From NCBI GenBank assembly GCA_011050235.1, contig DRGC01000022.1, positions 128,827 to 192,826 on the forward strand: a stretch of DNA of 64,000 bases, in the 5' to 3' direction. The translations under genes were made by a program, and so were the position numbers. Below, in pieces: positions 18,766 to 27,464 of this stretch (position 1 is its first letter; each line of letters starts with the position of its first letter). Under the pieces are notes generated by a model. The model saw only the letters and a program-made list of their open reading frames with translations, was not told the origin of the DNA and ran no database searches. This DNA comes from Phycisphaerae bacterium. GTDB taxonomy: Bacteria; Planctomycetota; Phycisphaerae; SM23-33.

Positions 18766-19419
18766 ATGACCAGTCCGAACTTCATCCCCGCTCACCGCCT
18801 GGCCGCTCAGCAGCGACGCCGTCGCTGTCGCCTGTGGATTGTTGCCTGCATCGCCTACGCGGCCGGTCTGCTGGTCGCCTCGACCGGCGGCAGCGCGCTA
18901 TGGCATGACGATACCAACGCACTGACCGGCCGAACCGCTGCGACCATCGAGCAAATCGATCACGACGAGCGGGCCACCAAGCGCTTGCAAGACAAACTGG
19001 CCGTCGCGAGGGTTATGCTGCAGGCCAATCGGGCCGTCGCCGACCAGCCCGACTGGAGCATCCTGTTGGCGGCGGTGGCCGACTGTCTCGATGACGATGT
19101 GTTTCTAACGCGATTCGATCTTCAGCCGGCCCCCAAGATTGTCCCCCCGCCTCGGTTGCCCCAGATGCCGGGCCAGCCGTGGCGGCCGCCGCGACCGACC
19201 GCCTCGACGGCCACCAACCTTGTCACCCTGGTCGGATTCGGCCGGACGCAAGCAGATGTGTCGCACTTCGTGGACCGATTGGAGCGGACCGGCCTGTTCG
19301 ACAAGGTCAAGATCCTGCGCACCAAGCGTCGCCAACTGCTGACGGGGGTGGCGGTGGCCTTCGACCTGGGGTGCCTGATGGGTGAACACAGCCCGAGGAG
19401 TCGCCGTGACCTCCCTTGA
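18766..19419 (+). CDS. pilN: Type IV pilus assembly protein PilN-like
   Basis: N-terminal NFIPAHRLAAQQRRRR motif, then a TM helix, coiled coil and periplasmic domain. Located after pilM. Confidence 0.6.
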   Translation: MTSPNFIPAHRLAAQQRRRRCRLWIVACIAYAAGLLVASTGGSALWHDDTNALTGRTAATIEQIDHDERATKRLQDKLAVARVMLQANRAVADQPDWSILLAAVADCLDDDVFLTRFDLQPAPKIVPPPRLPQMPGQPWRPPRPTASTATNLVTLVGFGRTQADVSHFVDRLERTGLFDKVKILRTKRRQLLTGVAVAFDLGCLMGEHSPRSRRDLP

Positions 19420-19978
19420 GACAACATGGACGAAGTGGCGCGTCGACCTGATCGGCGCGGCCGTTCTGGTCGTGCTGACGAGCGTGTTCGTCCTGGGGCC
19501 CGTGCGGGGGGGGCTTCGCCAGCGCGCCGTCGCCAAGGTGCAGCGGACCGAACTGGCCGCCCAGGAGAGCCGCTTGGCGCAAGCCGACAGGATTCTGATG
19601 GCCGTCAAGAAGGACTACGGCGCCGTGGAGGCCCGACTAGCCCAAAGCGCCCTGCACCTGGAGCCCAGCGCCAACGTCAACAGCCGGTTGGCTAGGATCT
19701 CCGAACTGGCCATCGAGGCGGGCTTGCAGATCGACGAGATCAAACCCGGCGCTCCCTTGATGGGCGAGCACTATGAAACTGTGCCCATCTTCCTGGCAGG
19801 CAATGGGACGTACCGTCAATGCGCCGTGTTCTTGCATCAACTGAGGCAGGCCCTGCCGGACACGGGCGCCGAATCCCTGGAACTCAGCGGGAATGCGGCC
19901 GCGCCGGCCGCGACCGGAACGTTCCGCTTTAACCTGCACTGGCATGCGGCGCCGCCAACACAAACCGCGATGAAATAG
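19382..19978 (+). CDS. pilO: Type IV pilus assembly protein PilO-like. The likely true start is the GTG at 19406, preceded by GGAG and overlapping the pilN stop.
   Basis: TM helix (RVDLIGAAVLVVLTSVFVLG) followed by a coiled coil, and the position after pilN. Confidence 0.55.
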   Translation: MNTARGVAVTSLETTWTKWRVDLIGAAVLVVLTSVFVLGPVRGGLRQRAVAKVQRTELAAQESRLAQADRILMAVKKDYGAVEARLAQSALHLEPSANVNSRLARISELAIEAGLQIDEIKPGAPLMGEHYETVPIFLAGNGTYRQCAVFLHQLRQALPDTGAESLELSGNAAAPAATGTFRFNLHWHAAPPTQTAMK

Positions 19979-20025
19979 GCTCTTGCGAGGCCTCCGGGCC
20001 GAACGAATTCTATCATTATATTGGC

Positions 20026-20586
20026 ATGAAGCTTAACAAGTCACAGAAAGTGTATGTCATCATCCTGGCCGTCGCGGCGGTTGGGTTGCTGGTGGATCGG
20101 GTGCTGTTGGCGCCGGGGGCCAGCGGGCCGGTCCAGGTGCAGGCGGGCGCTGTCCACACGACACCCAGCGGGCGCCCCCAGCCGCCCACGACCGAGCCGC
20201 CCGCTGCGACCGCTTCAGTGGCCAAACGCTTGGCCCGTTTCAACGACGTCCGGCAATTCGATATCACGACCGTCCGGGAGGCCCTTTCGCCCTCGCCGGC
20301 CTGGCTGGCTGAGCTCCAACCGTCCGAGCCCGGACCCAAGGCCTCCCAGCCTGTCGCTGTTGCACCGGTCCAAATGTCGCCAGCTGAACGATTCATCCAA
20401 CGTCATCGGCTGAAATCAACCATTCGACGGGACAACGGTGGGTGGGCCCTGATTGATGGGCATATTGTCGAGGTCGGCCAGGAGTTCGACGGCTATCGAC
20501 TCGTGGAAGTCACCGACGACGGCGCGGTGTTCGAGTCCGACCAGGGCCGCGTCGAACTACGGCTGCGATCGCGCAGCCATCGGTGA
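20026..20586 (+). CDS. PilP/GspC-like pilus assembly protein (putative)
   Basis: N-terminal TM segment (KVYVIILAVAAVGLLV), a Pro-rich linker, and a C-terminal beta domain (GGWALIDGHIVEVGQEFDGYRLVEVTDDGAVFES) resembling the PilP/GspC HR domain. Confidence 0.4.
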   Translation: MKLNKSQKVYVIILAVAAVGLLVDRVLLAPGASGPVQVQAGAVHTTPSGRPQPPTTEPPAATASVAKRLARFNDVRQFDITTVREALSPSPAWLAELQPSEPGPKASQPVAVAPVQMSPAERFIQRHRLKSTIRRDNGGWALIDGHIVEVGQEFDGYRLVEVTDDGAVFESDQGRVELRLRSRSHR

Positions 20587-20699
20587 GCGCCGGTGTCGGC
20601 CATCTGGCCAAGAGACGACCCGACTTCGCCAGCAGAGCGATTCGGGCGGGCGAAACTTCCTCTGAAAAGGACGCCAGTGGACCCCTGTCCTGCAATTAC

Positions 20700-20906
20700 T
20701 AGCGCCGGCGAGTGGACAGGCCCAATAAGACGCACAACATACTGTATATAAAAGTGTTATAGAATGCCCCCAGCCAAAAGAATATCTCATTGATCGCTCA
20801 AGTCCCCGTTGCAACTTGACGATTAAGATTGTGACGAAGGGCCAGTCGTGGCTTGTCCATCTCGTGGCTTGTTCATCGACTGGTAAGTCCAATAGGAGAC
20901 AGGAAC
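20700..20906 (+). promoter_or_regulatory. AT-rich pilA upstream region with two adjacent 16-bp direct repeats (TCGTGGCTTGTCCATC / TCGTGGCTTGTTCATC at 20846-20877). Putative promoter/operator.
   Basis: This is the only markedly AT-rich stretch in the area (TGTATATAAAAGTGTTATAGAATG). The tandem repeat ends 30 nt before the ATG. No sigma-54 GG-N10-GC match was found. Confidence 0.3.
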
Positions 20907-21386
20907 ATGCATTCACGTAAGAAGCACAAGAGCCATGGCTTCAGCATGCTCGAACTGGTTATCGTGATCGTGATTCTCGGCATTATCGCCGCGATCGCGA
21001 TTCCGCGGATGAGCCGCGGGTCGGAAGGCGCCGCCGAGTCGGCCCTGAAGGCGAATCTGGCCGTGCTGCGAAGCGGGATCGATCTGTTCGTTGCTGAGCA
21101 CAACGGCGAGGTCCCGTCGGTAGTGAACATCGAGAACGCGTTAATCCAGTATTCCGACAAGGCGGGCACGGCGTTTTCGGTCACCAAGGACACGACGTAC
21201 TACTTTGGCCCGTATGTCCGGGCGATTCCGGCCCTGCCTGTCGGCGCCAAGAAGGGCGAAAAGGGCATCGCGGCCGCTGATGGCGTCGGCGTTGGCTGGA
21301 TCTATGATGCCAGCACCGGAGGCATCCTGTCCAACACGGACGCCACGGAAAAGGACGCTGCAGGCACGCCGTTCAATCAGTACTAA
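20907..21386 (+). CDS. pilA: Type IVa major pilin (PilA-like), with a prepilin N-terminal cleavage/methylation domain
   Basis: MHSRKKHKSHG/FSMLELVIVIVILGIIAAIAIP has Gly-1, Phe+1 and Glu+5. AGGAGA RBS. The track ORF starts 54 nt earlier without support. Confidence 0.8.
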   Translation: MHSRKKHKSHGFSMLELVIVIVILGIIAAIAIPRMSRGSEGAAESALKANLAVLRSGIDLFVAEHNGEVPSVVNIENALIQYSDKAGTAFSVTKDTTYYFGPYVRAIPALPVGAKKGEKGIAAADGVGVGWIYDASTGGILSNTDATEKDAAGTPFNQY

Positions 21387-21471
21387 GCCGCTGCGCGACG
21401 TTGGCTGAAGCAGCACTTCTGTCGGTCCTGCGGCGCAGCCGCCAAAGCGCCGCCGCCACAGGAGGGGCTCG

Positions 21472-21957
21472 ATGGCAATCAGCAGACACGACAGCCGGGG
21501 CGCTCACGGGCGTCCCGGTTTCACATTGCTCGAACTGATCCTGGTGATGGCGATCCTGGCTGTCGTGGCCGCCATCGTCTCACCCCGCTACGCCTCCTCG
21601 ATGTCGCGCTACCGCGCCCAAGCCGCCGCATGGCGCATCCGCGCCGATCTGGAGCTGGCCCGAAGCAGCGCCCGAACCACCGGCGCGAGCCAGTCGGTCG
21701 TCTTCGACCTCGACGCCAACTCCTACGAGCTGACCGATTTGGCCGACAGCGATCGGCCGAGCCAGACCTATACCGTCGCGCTGGCTGATGACCCCTACGA
21801 TGCGGAGCTCGTCTCGGCTGACTTCGGCGGCAGCGATGAGGTGACGTTTAACGGCTTCGGCACACCGGCTTCCGGCGGGAAGGTCGTCGTCGTCTCCGGC
21901 GGCGTCTACATGACGGTCGTTCTGGATGGCGAGACCGGACAGGTGAGCGTCGAATGA
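21472..21957 (+). CDS. Minor pilin / pseudopilin, FimT/GspH-like
   Basis: Prepilin N-terminus RPG/FTLLELILVMAILAVVAAI, then a small beta domain of about 160 aa. Confidence 0.6.
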   Translation: MAISRHDSRGAHGRPGFTLLELILVMAILAVVAAIVSPRYASSMSRYRAQAAAWRIRADLELARSSARTTGASQSVVFDLDANSYELTDLADSDRPSQTYTVALADDPYDAELVSADFGGSDEVTFNGFGTPASGGKVVVVSGGVYMTVVLDGETGQVSVE

Positions 21958-23039
21958 CCCCGCGCACGATCCAACCACGCCGCCGTCACCGACGGCGAGG
22001 CTTCACGCTGATGGAGGTCGCCGTCAGCCTGGCCATCCTGTCCGTCATCACCGTGGCGATGGCCTCGGCGATCGTGCTGGCCGTCAAGGCTTTGCCCACC
22101 GCCGACAGCCCCGCTCAACGAACCCTCCGGGCCGCCCAAGTAGCCCAGCAGATCGTCACCGAACTGCAATACGCCACGGCCATCGCAAGGGCCGAGCCCG
22201 GCGCCGTCGCCTTCACCGTCGGCGACCGCAATGACGACGGCCTGCCGGAGACCATTCGCTACACCTGGGCCGGCGCCCCCGGCGACCCGCTGACCCGCCA
22301 ACTCAATAGCGGATCGGACGTCGCCGTCCTGCAGGACGTCTACGCCTTCGCCCTGGACTACGGTGCCCGCACGGTCGAAGAAGAGGTCCCCGCAGGCAGA
22401 AGCTCCGAGGTCCTGCTGGCCACCGACAGCGGTTCATCATGGATGGCCTTCACGATCACCCCCGATGACTGGCTCGGCCAGTATTTCGAGCCCTCCCTAC
22501 CGGCCGACGCCACCAGTTGGTCGGTCACCCGGGTGGAGTTCTGGGCCCGCATCAGCGGCTCGGACACTGGCGAGGTGTCCGTCCAGCTTCGCGCCGCTGA
22601 CGCCGGCGGCCTGCCCAGCGACCAGGTCCTGGAAGAACACTCAGTCTACGAAATCGACATGAGTTCGTCTTCCTACAGTTCCGAGACCGTCACGTTCGCC
22701 GGCGTGACCGGCCTGCAGCCCGATCAGGGCCTGTGCCTGGTCATCAAACACGTTTCCGGCGCCCAGGCATGCAATGTACTTATCGGCGTCGATTCGTCGG
22801 GCGGGGGGACAACCTACCTGCTGATGACAACGAACGGCGGACAGTCCTTCAGCGCCGACGGCGGCATGTCGATGGGATTCACTGTCTACGGAACGTACAC
22901 ATCCCCCGACATCATCGGCACGGTGACCCGCCAGTTCATCCAACGCGTGTCCCTGACACTCCAGGGCGGCCCCGAGCCCGCCGCGGCCGTCCATACAGCC
23001 GCGGTATTGTTGAACAACCCGAAGGTGGCCATCGAATGA
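21954..23039 (+). CDS. Minor pilin with prepilin-type N-terminus (PilW/GspJ-like, 361 aa)
   Basis: RRG/FTLMEVAVSLAILSVITVAMA. Its start overlaps the upstream stop. Confidence 0.55.
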   Translation: MTPRTIQPRRRHRRRGFTLMEVAVSLAILSVITVAMASAIVLAVKALPTADSPAQRTLRAAQVAQQIVTELQYATAIARAEPGAVAFTVGDRNDDGLPETIRYTWAGAPGDPLTRQLNSGSDVAVLQDVYAFALDYGARTVEEEVPAGRSSEVLLATDSGSSWMAFTITPDDWLGQYFEPSLPADATSWSVTRVEFWARISGSDTGEVSVQLRAADAGGLPSDQVLEEHSVYEIDMSSSSYSSETVTFAGVTGLQPDQGLCLVIKHVSGAQACNVLIGVDSSGGGTTYLLMTTNGGQSFSADGGMSMGFTVYGTYTSPDIIGTVTRQFIQRVSLTLQGGPEPAAAVHTAAVLLNNPKVAIE

Positions 23040-23536
23040 CGACCCGCCGCGGATTCAGCCTGGTCGAAGCCGTCGTGGCCGTCGCCATCGTCGGCGTGAT
23101 GCTGGTCGGCGCCCTGACGGCGGTGGGTGCATCGCGGGTGACGCAGTTCCGCGTGGGGCGGCTCCGCCAGGGCTACCTGCTGGCCGAGGCCCTGATGGCT
23201 GAAGTTCTCCAGCAGCCCTACGAAGATGCCGTCACCGGCGCAATCGGCCTGGAAGCGAGCGAATGGACGGGCACGCGCACGACCTTCGACGATGTGGACG
23301 ACTACGCCGGTTGGACCGGATCGCCGCCACAGCTCAAGGACGGCACGGTGTTGACCCAGTTTGCAGACTACCGGCGTCGTGTGGCGGTGAAATACGCCGA
23401 CCCGATGAACCTCAACGGGTCTTCGGCGATAGATCTTGGCATCAAACGGATCACCGTCAGCGTCGACGTCAACGACAACGAGATCGCGTCACTGGTCGCC
23501 ATTCGCACCCGCGCGAAAGATGAGCTGACGCCCTAG
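23036..23536 (+). CDS. Minor pilin with prepilin-type N-terminus (PilV/GspI-like, 166 aa)
   Basis: MTTRRG/FSLVEAVVAVAIVGVMLV. The ATGA overlaps the upstream stop. The 267-aa track ORF is a 5' over-extension. Confidence 0.55.
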   Translation: MTTRRGFSLVEAVVAVAIVGVMLVGALTAVGASRVTQFRVGRLRQGYLLAEALMAEVLQQPYEDAVTGAIGLEASEWTGTRTTFDDVDDYAGWTGSPPQLKDGTVLTQFADYRRRVAVKYADPMNLNGSSAIDLGIKRITVSVDVNDNEIASLVAIRTRAKDELTP

Positions 23537-23543
23537 CAACCCC

Positions 23544-24779
23544 ATGCCACATGCCAAACGCCATTCTGACGGGACCGTATACGTGTCGGTCCTGGCCACC
23601 ACCGTGCTGGTGGGCATCATCGCCATCGCGGCGGTGGGAATGACGCGCGCCCAGGGGCGGTCGGCTCGACTGGACTCGGACTGGTCGACGGCGCAGCTCC
23701 AGGCCCAAAACGCCATCGAGGGCGGCCTGTACCTCATCCACACCAATGAGAACTGGCGAGATATGCTCGACAGCTACAACGGCACGCTGGGGTTCTATAT
23801 TGGCTCCAGCATCGCCACGGTGGTGATCACGGACCCCGCCGACGGCGACATCGCGAACTCGCCGGACGACGACGTGCTCCTGACGGCCACCGGCACGAAA
23901 GGCGCGGCCAGACACAAGACCCAGGTGACGCTGGAGGTCATTCACGAACCACTGGAGGCGCTGGCGACGTGCCTGCACGCCGGCGGTAACGTGACCGTCT
24001 ACTTCGGCTGCATCCTGGATGTCGATGGCGCGCCGCTGTCCACCAACGCGACATTGACCGTCAGCGGCGGTGTTTTCGGCGATGTCGGGGCCGCCAGCAT
24101 CATCAACTTGGGATGGATCTCCGGCACAGAAACCGTGCCGGCCCCGGCCAAGGACCTGCCCGACCCCGAGGTGGCCCAGGAATACCAGGATCTGGCGGAA
24201 ACCATTCCTTACGTCAGCATCATGGAGACGTTCGTCCTGACGCCGATGCTCAACCCCTGGGGGGCGGCCAGCCCCGATGGTGTCTACGTCATCGACACCG
24301 GCGGGCAGAATCTCGTAATCAAGGGCGCCCGCATCCGGGGGACGCTCATCATCCGCACCCATGGCGGCGAAGTCACGATCCAGGACGCGGTGTTTATGCG
24401 ACCGTTTCGGGTCGACTACCCGACGCTGATCGTCGACGGCGACCTGGTGCTGAAGTTGAAGAGCGATACCGATCTCCTGGATGAGGCTGATTGGGGGGTC
24501 AACTTCAACCCGCCCGGCGCGCCCTATCTGGGGGGTAGCGACACCGACACCGACGACACGTACCCCAATGAGCTGCGAGGCCTGATCCACGTCACCGGTA
24601 ACTTGAGCCTCGAGAGCTACACCCACGTCAACGGCGTCATCATCTGCGAAGGCGCCGCCACCATCAAAGACAGCCCCATCATCGTCCACGACCCGTCGTT
24701 GGTGACCAATCCGCCCGAAGGCTACACGACGCGGAAGATGCAGATCGCGCCGGGCAGTTGGCGCCAGGCCGTCGATTAG
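23544..24779 (+). CDS. PilX/GspK-like large minor pseudopilin (putative)
   Basis: N-terminus GTVYVSVLATTVLVGIIAIAAVGMTRAQ has a GspK-like hydrophobic anchor without Glu5. It is 411 aa and the last gene of the pilin cluster. Confidence 0.45.
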   Translation: MPHAKRHSDGTVYVSVLATTVLVGIIAIAAVGMTRAQGRSARLDSDWSTAQLQAQNAIEGGLYLIHTNENWRDMLDSYNGTLGFYIGSSIATVVITDPADGDIANSPDDDVLLTATGTKGAARHKTQVTLEVIHEPLEALATCLHAGGNVTVYFGCILDVDGAPLSTNATLTVSGGVFGDVGAASIINLGWISGTETVPAPAKDLPDPEVAQEYQDLAETIPYVSIMETFVLTPMLNPWGAASPDGVYVIDTGGQNLVIKGARIRGTLIIRTHGGEVTIQDAVFMRPFRVDYPTLIVDGDLVLKLKSDTDLLDEADWGVNFNPPGAPYLGGSDTDTDDTYPNELRGLIHVTGNLSLESYTHVNGVIICEGAATIKDSPIIVHDPSLVTNPPEGYTTRKMQIAPGSWRQAVD

Positions 24780-26023
24780 CCGACAAACAGCGGCTTGAGG
24801 TGGCGGTCGTAGATGTTGGCCGTCACGCACGAGGCGATCACATCCTCGAACTCCGCCAGGGCATCCAGGAATCGCCCGCTCATCTCGCCGGCCACCTTGT
24901 ACCCCACGTGCAGTAACTGCCGCACGTTCAGGTCGAACAGCTCACAGGACGGGTCGTGACGCAGTGCGCCGACGAACTGCTCGGACGACCAACCCGCCAC
25001 GACCTCCTGCGACGGCAGTTTCGGTCGATCGATATCGATCACGCTCGCGTACGGGCCGGCCAGTTCATCGAACCGCCCCAGCGCGGCTGCGTAAACGTCC
25101 TTGGCGATGTGCAGCCCCTCCCCGCCGGCAGCGGCCAGGCCGATCAACTCCTCCAGCCAGGTCGTGCCCGCCGTCTTGAGGTGCAGCCCGGCGCCGCGCC
25201 TGCCGATCGCCTCGCGGATCGGCCCGTAGATCGAGAACTTGTCGCTGCCGGAGTGGACCGACAGCTTCAGATTCGCGGGCAGGCCGAACCGCTCGACGGC
25301 GAAGGCGATGACGGCCAGGTCTTCGTCGAACTCCTTGGCGAACTGCGCCACGTCGCCCACGTAGTCGACGCCCTTGTTGAATCGACCCGTGAACTTCGGC
25401 GCGATCGTCTGGGCCGGGATGCCCTCATCCGCGATCGCCGCCAGGATCAGCAGCATCTCCACGGGCGTCTGGGGCGCGTCGGTCTCGTCCATCGATACTT
25501 CGGTGATGAAATCCGCCCCTTTGACCGACTCGACGTGGCGATAGACCTCGCCCGCACCGCGGACAGCCAACAGGTACGTGCGGGCGATGGCTTCGATACG
25601 GCCGCCGCTCAGCTCGATCCCGCCGTCAATGCCGTCGACCTCCAGCACGCCGATCAGATCGCTATGGCGATCCACGAACGCCCGCACGTCGTCCTCGTCG
25701 GCGGCCTGGCCGATGAAGTCCGCCACGTCCAGCGTGAAAAAGTCGCTGGCCTCGGTGAACAGATCGACGTTCTTGGCCCCGACGTGGTCGGCATCGACAT
25801 AATAGCCGCCCGTCCAGCCCAGGGCGGCGACGGCTGCGTCGGCCTCGGCCCGAACGTCGGCGGGGCGGGTGTGGAGGATCGTATGCTCGCGGTGCGACTT
25901 ATTCCAAACGGGGGCGATATCCACGCCGTCGGCCTTGGCCCGCACCATCGCCTGCAACTGCGCCCGCCCCTGCCGGCCAAAACGGTCGCCGATACCCATC
26001 GAATATTTTTCGAGTGTCTTCAT
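24776..26023 (-). CDS. Tagaturonate/fructuronate epimerase (UxaE)-like TIM-barrel protein (tentative)
   Basis: The N-terminal KYSMGIGDRFG and internal SVHSGSDKFS / HLKTAGTTWLEE segments recall the UxaE family. Recognition is from memory only. Convergent with the pilX-like gene; the two stop codons share 4 nt. Confidence 0.35.
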   Translation of the reverse strand: MKTLEKYSMGIGDRFGRQGRAQLQAMVRAKADGVDIAPVWNKSHREHTILHTRPADVRAEADAAVAALGWTGGYYVDADHVGAKNVDLFTEASDFFTLDVADFIGQAADEDDVRAFVDRHSDLIGVLEVDGIDGGIELSGGRIEAIARTYLLAVRGAGEVYRHVESVKGADFITEVSMDETDAPQTPVEMLLILAAIADEGIPAQTIAPKFTGRFNKGVDYVGDVAQFAKEFDEDLAVIAFAVERFGLPANLKLSVHSGSDKFSIYGPIREAIGRRGAGLHLKTAGTTWLEELIGLAAAGGEGLHIAKDVYAAALGRFDELAGPYASVIDIDRPKLPSQEVVAGWSSEQFVGALRHDPSCELFDLNVRQLLHVGYKVAGEMSGRFLDALAEFEDVIASCVTANIYDRHLKPLFVG

Positions 26024-26058
26024 GGTCGGACCAGTCTACAGCCGCCGCGGCGCGATTC

Positions 26059-26194
26059 AAGCTTGTGGCATGGGCATCCCCGATAGGGGCCCGTTGGGCT
26101 TGCCCATGCGTCTCAGGGCCATCCCCGAGCAGGGGCCCGTTGGGCTTGGCCCTGACAACCCGTGTCATTCTGCATGGGCGAGACGCCCATGCTA
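26059..26194. repeat. Repeat-rich structured intergenic region of palindromes and direct repeats
   Basis: Inverted repeats GCATGGGCA...TGCCCATGC (26068-26109, with a nested CCCCgataGGGG) and GCATGGGCGagacGCCCATGC (26172-26193). An 18-nt direct repeat, AGGGGCCCGTTGGGCTTG, occurs twice (26086, 26131). Confidence 0.6.
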
Positions 26195-26932
26195 CTTGTG
26201 GGCGACGAGCATCAGCACGTCGGATTCGGCCGCATCGAAGGGGCCGAACTGCTGATCGCCGTGGACCGACACGTCGGCGAAGCCCCCCTCCGATAGCGCC
26301 GCGGCAAGCTCATCGGCCAGATACGGCCGCAGCTCCGTGCTGTGCAGTTCGTGTGTGCAGCGCTCTCCGTCCCATTGCATCTGCAGCACGTTGAATCGCA
26401 CTCGCCCGTCCAGGAAGTCGTAGAAGCGGACATATTCGCTGTCGCCGCGGCGGGTGACGCCAACGATCCGCTCCTGCCGCGCGAGGATCCGCTGGTAATT
26501 GAGCAGGTGAATGACGGCCACGCCACCGGGGGCGAGGACCTGGTGGAAGCCGGCGATGGTTTGGGCCAGCCCGGCGTCATCCAACACGTGGGGAATGCTG
26601 TTGCCCATGCACAGAACGGCATCGAACGGCCCGGCTGCGCGGCGGGCGATCGTCTGCATCGGCGCGCAGACCCAATCGATCCGCACGTCGGCGCTATCGG
26701 CGGCAGCGCGGGCGCCGGCCAGCATCGCCTCGGACACGTCGGCCCCGGTCACGCGAACACCGCGCTTGGCCAGGGCAATCGTATAGGCCCCCGCGCCGCA
26801 GGCGACATCCAGCGCCGAGCGAATCGGGTGGGAATCCATCAGTGCGCCGATGAACGCCTCGATCCCAGCCGCCCGACCGGCCGCATCGACAATCGTCCCA
26901 TAATCGCCCGCAATCGCGTCGTAGAAATCCAT
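26192..26932 (-). CDS. Class I SAM-dependent methyltransferase
   Basis: Motif I LDVACGAGAYTIALA and a post-I acidic residue. Start chosen at MDFYDAIAGDY. Confidence 0.75.
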   Translation of the reverse strand: MDFYDAIAGDYGTIVDAAGRAAGIEAFIGALMDSHPIRSALDVACGAGAYTIALAKRGVRVTGADVSEAMLAGARAAADSADVRIDWVCAPMQTIARRAAGPFDAVLCMGNSIPHVLDDAGLAQTIAGFHQVLAPGGVAVIHLLNYQRILARQERIVGVTRRGDSEYVRFYDFLDGRVRFNVLQMQWDGERCTHELHSTELRPYLADELAAALSEGGFADVSVHGDQQFGPFDAAESDVLMLVAHK

Positions 26933-26969
26933 CCCCTGTATCTTGCAGGCATGAGGTGTCGCACGCAAG

Positions 26970-27434
26970 TTAATGCGCGCTGAGCAAGGCCTTGCGGAGG
27001 TCGTCCTTGACCGCTTCGACAGCGGCGGTCTCTCCCCCGCCCTCGGCGACGAGGACCTTGTCGTCGATGATAAAGACAGCCGCCATGTAGGTCAGTTGCG
27101 TGGCCTCCTTGGCCACCTCGAACGTCATCAGTGCGGCGGCGTGGCCGGCGTCGGTAGCGACCTGTTCGCTCTTGATCAGCTTGTAGCCGTCGCGGGTGGC
27201 CAGCTCCTTCTGCACGGCCTTGCTCCAGAACTCCAGCGTGCCGTTCTTGGGGTTGTCCTGGCGGCGGAGGCCGATCACGACCCCCTCGGCCGAGACGGCG
27301 CGAAGTTCGTAGCCCTTGCCCGGCGACTTCAACTGCACGAAATCCGCGGGCAGTTGCATCGGCTCAGCCGGCGGGGCCTCGCAGCCGGAGGCGGCGAAGA
27401 TGACAATCGCTATCAGCCAATATGCATATCGCAT
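26970..27434 (-). CDS. Hypothetical lipoprotein
   Basis: Signal peptide with the lipobox AASGC. 154 aa, with no recognisable domain. Confidence 0.5.
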   Translation of the reverse strand: MRYAYWLIAIVIFAASGCEAPPAEPMQLPADFVQLKSPGKGYELRAVSAEGVVIGLRRQDNPKNGTLEFWSKAVQKELATRDGYKLIKSEQVATDAGHAAALMTFEVAKEATQLTYMAAVFIIDDKVLVAEGGGETAAVEAVKDDLRKALLSAH

Positions 27435-27464
27435 GGTCTGCGTCCTTTCGTTCGTCGGCGAGGC

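Noticed and set aside
20846-20877. Sigma-54 promoter for pilA
   Set aside because: Neither repeat satisfies GG-N10-GC (TGGC...TC / TGGC...GA), and no TTGCW -12 element is present.
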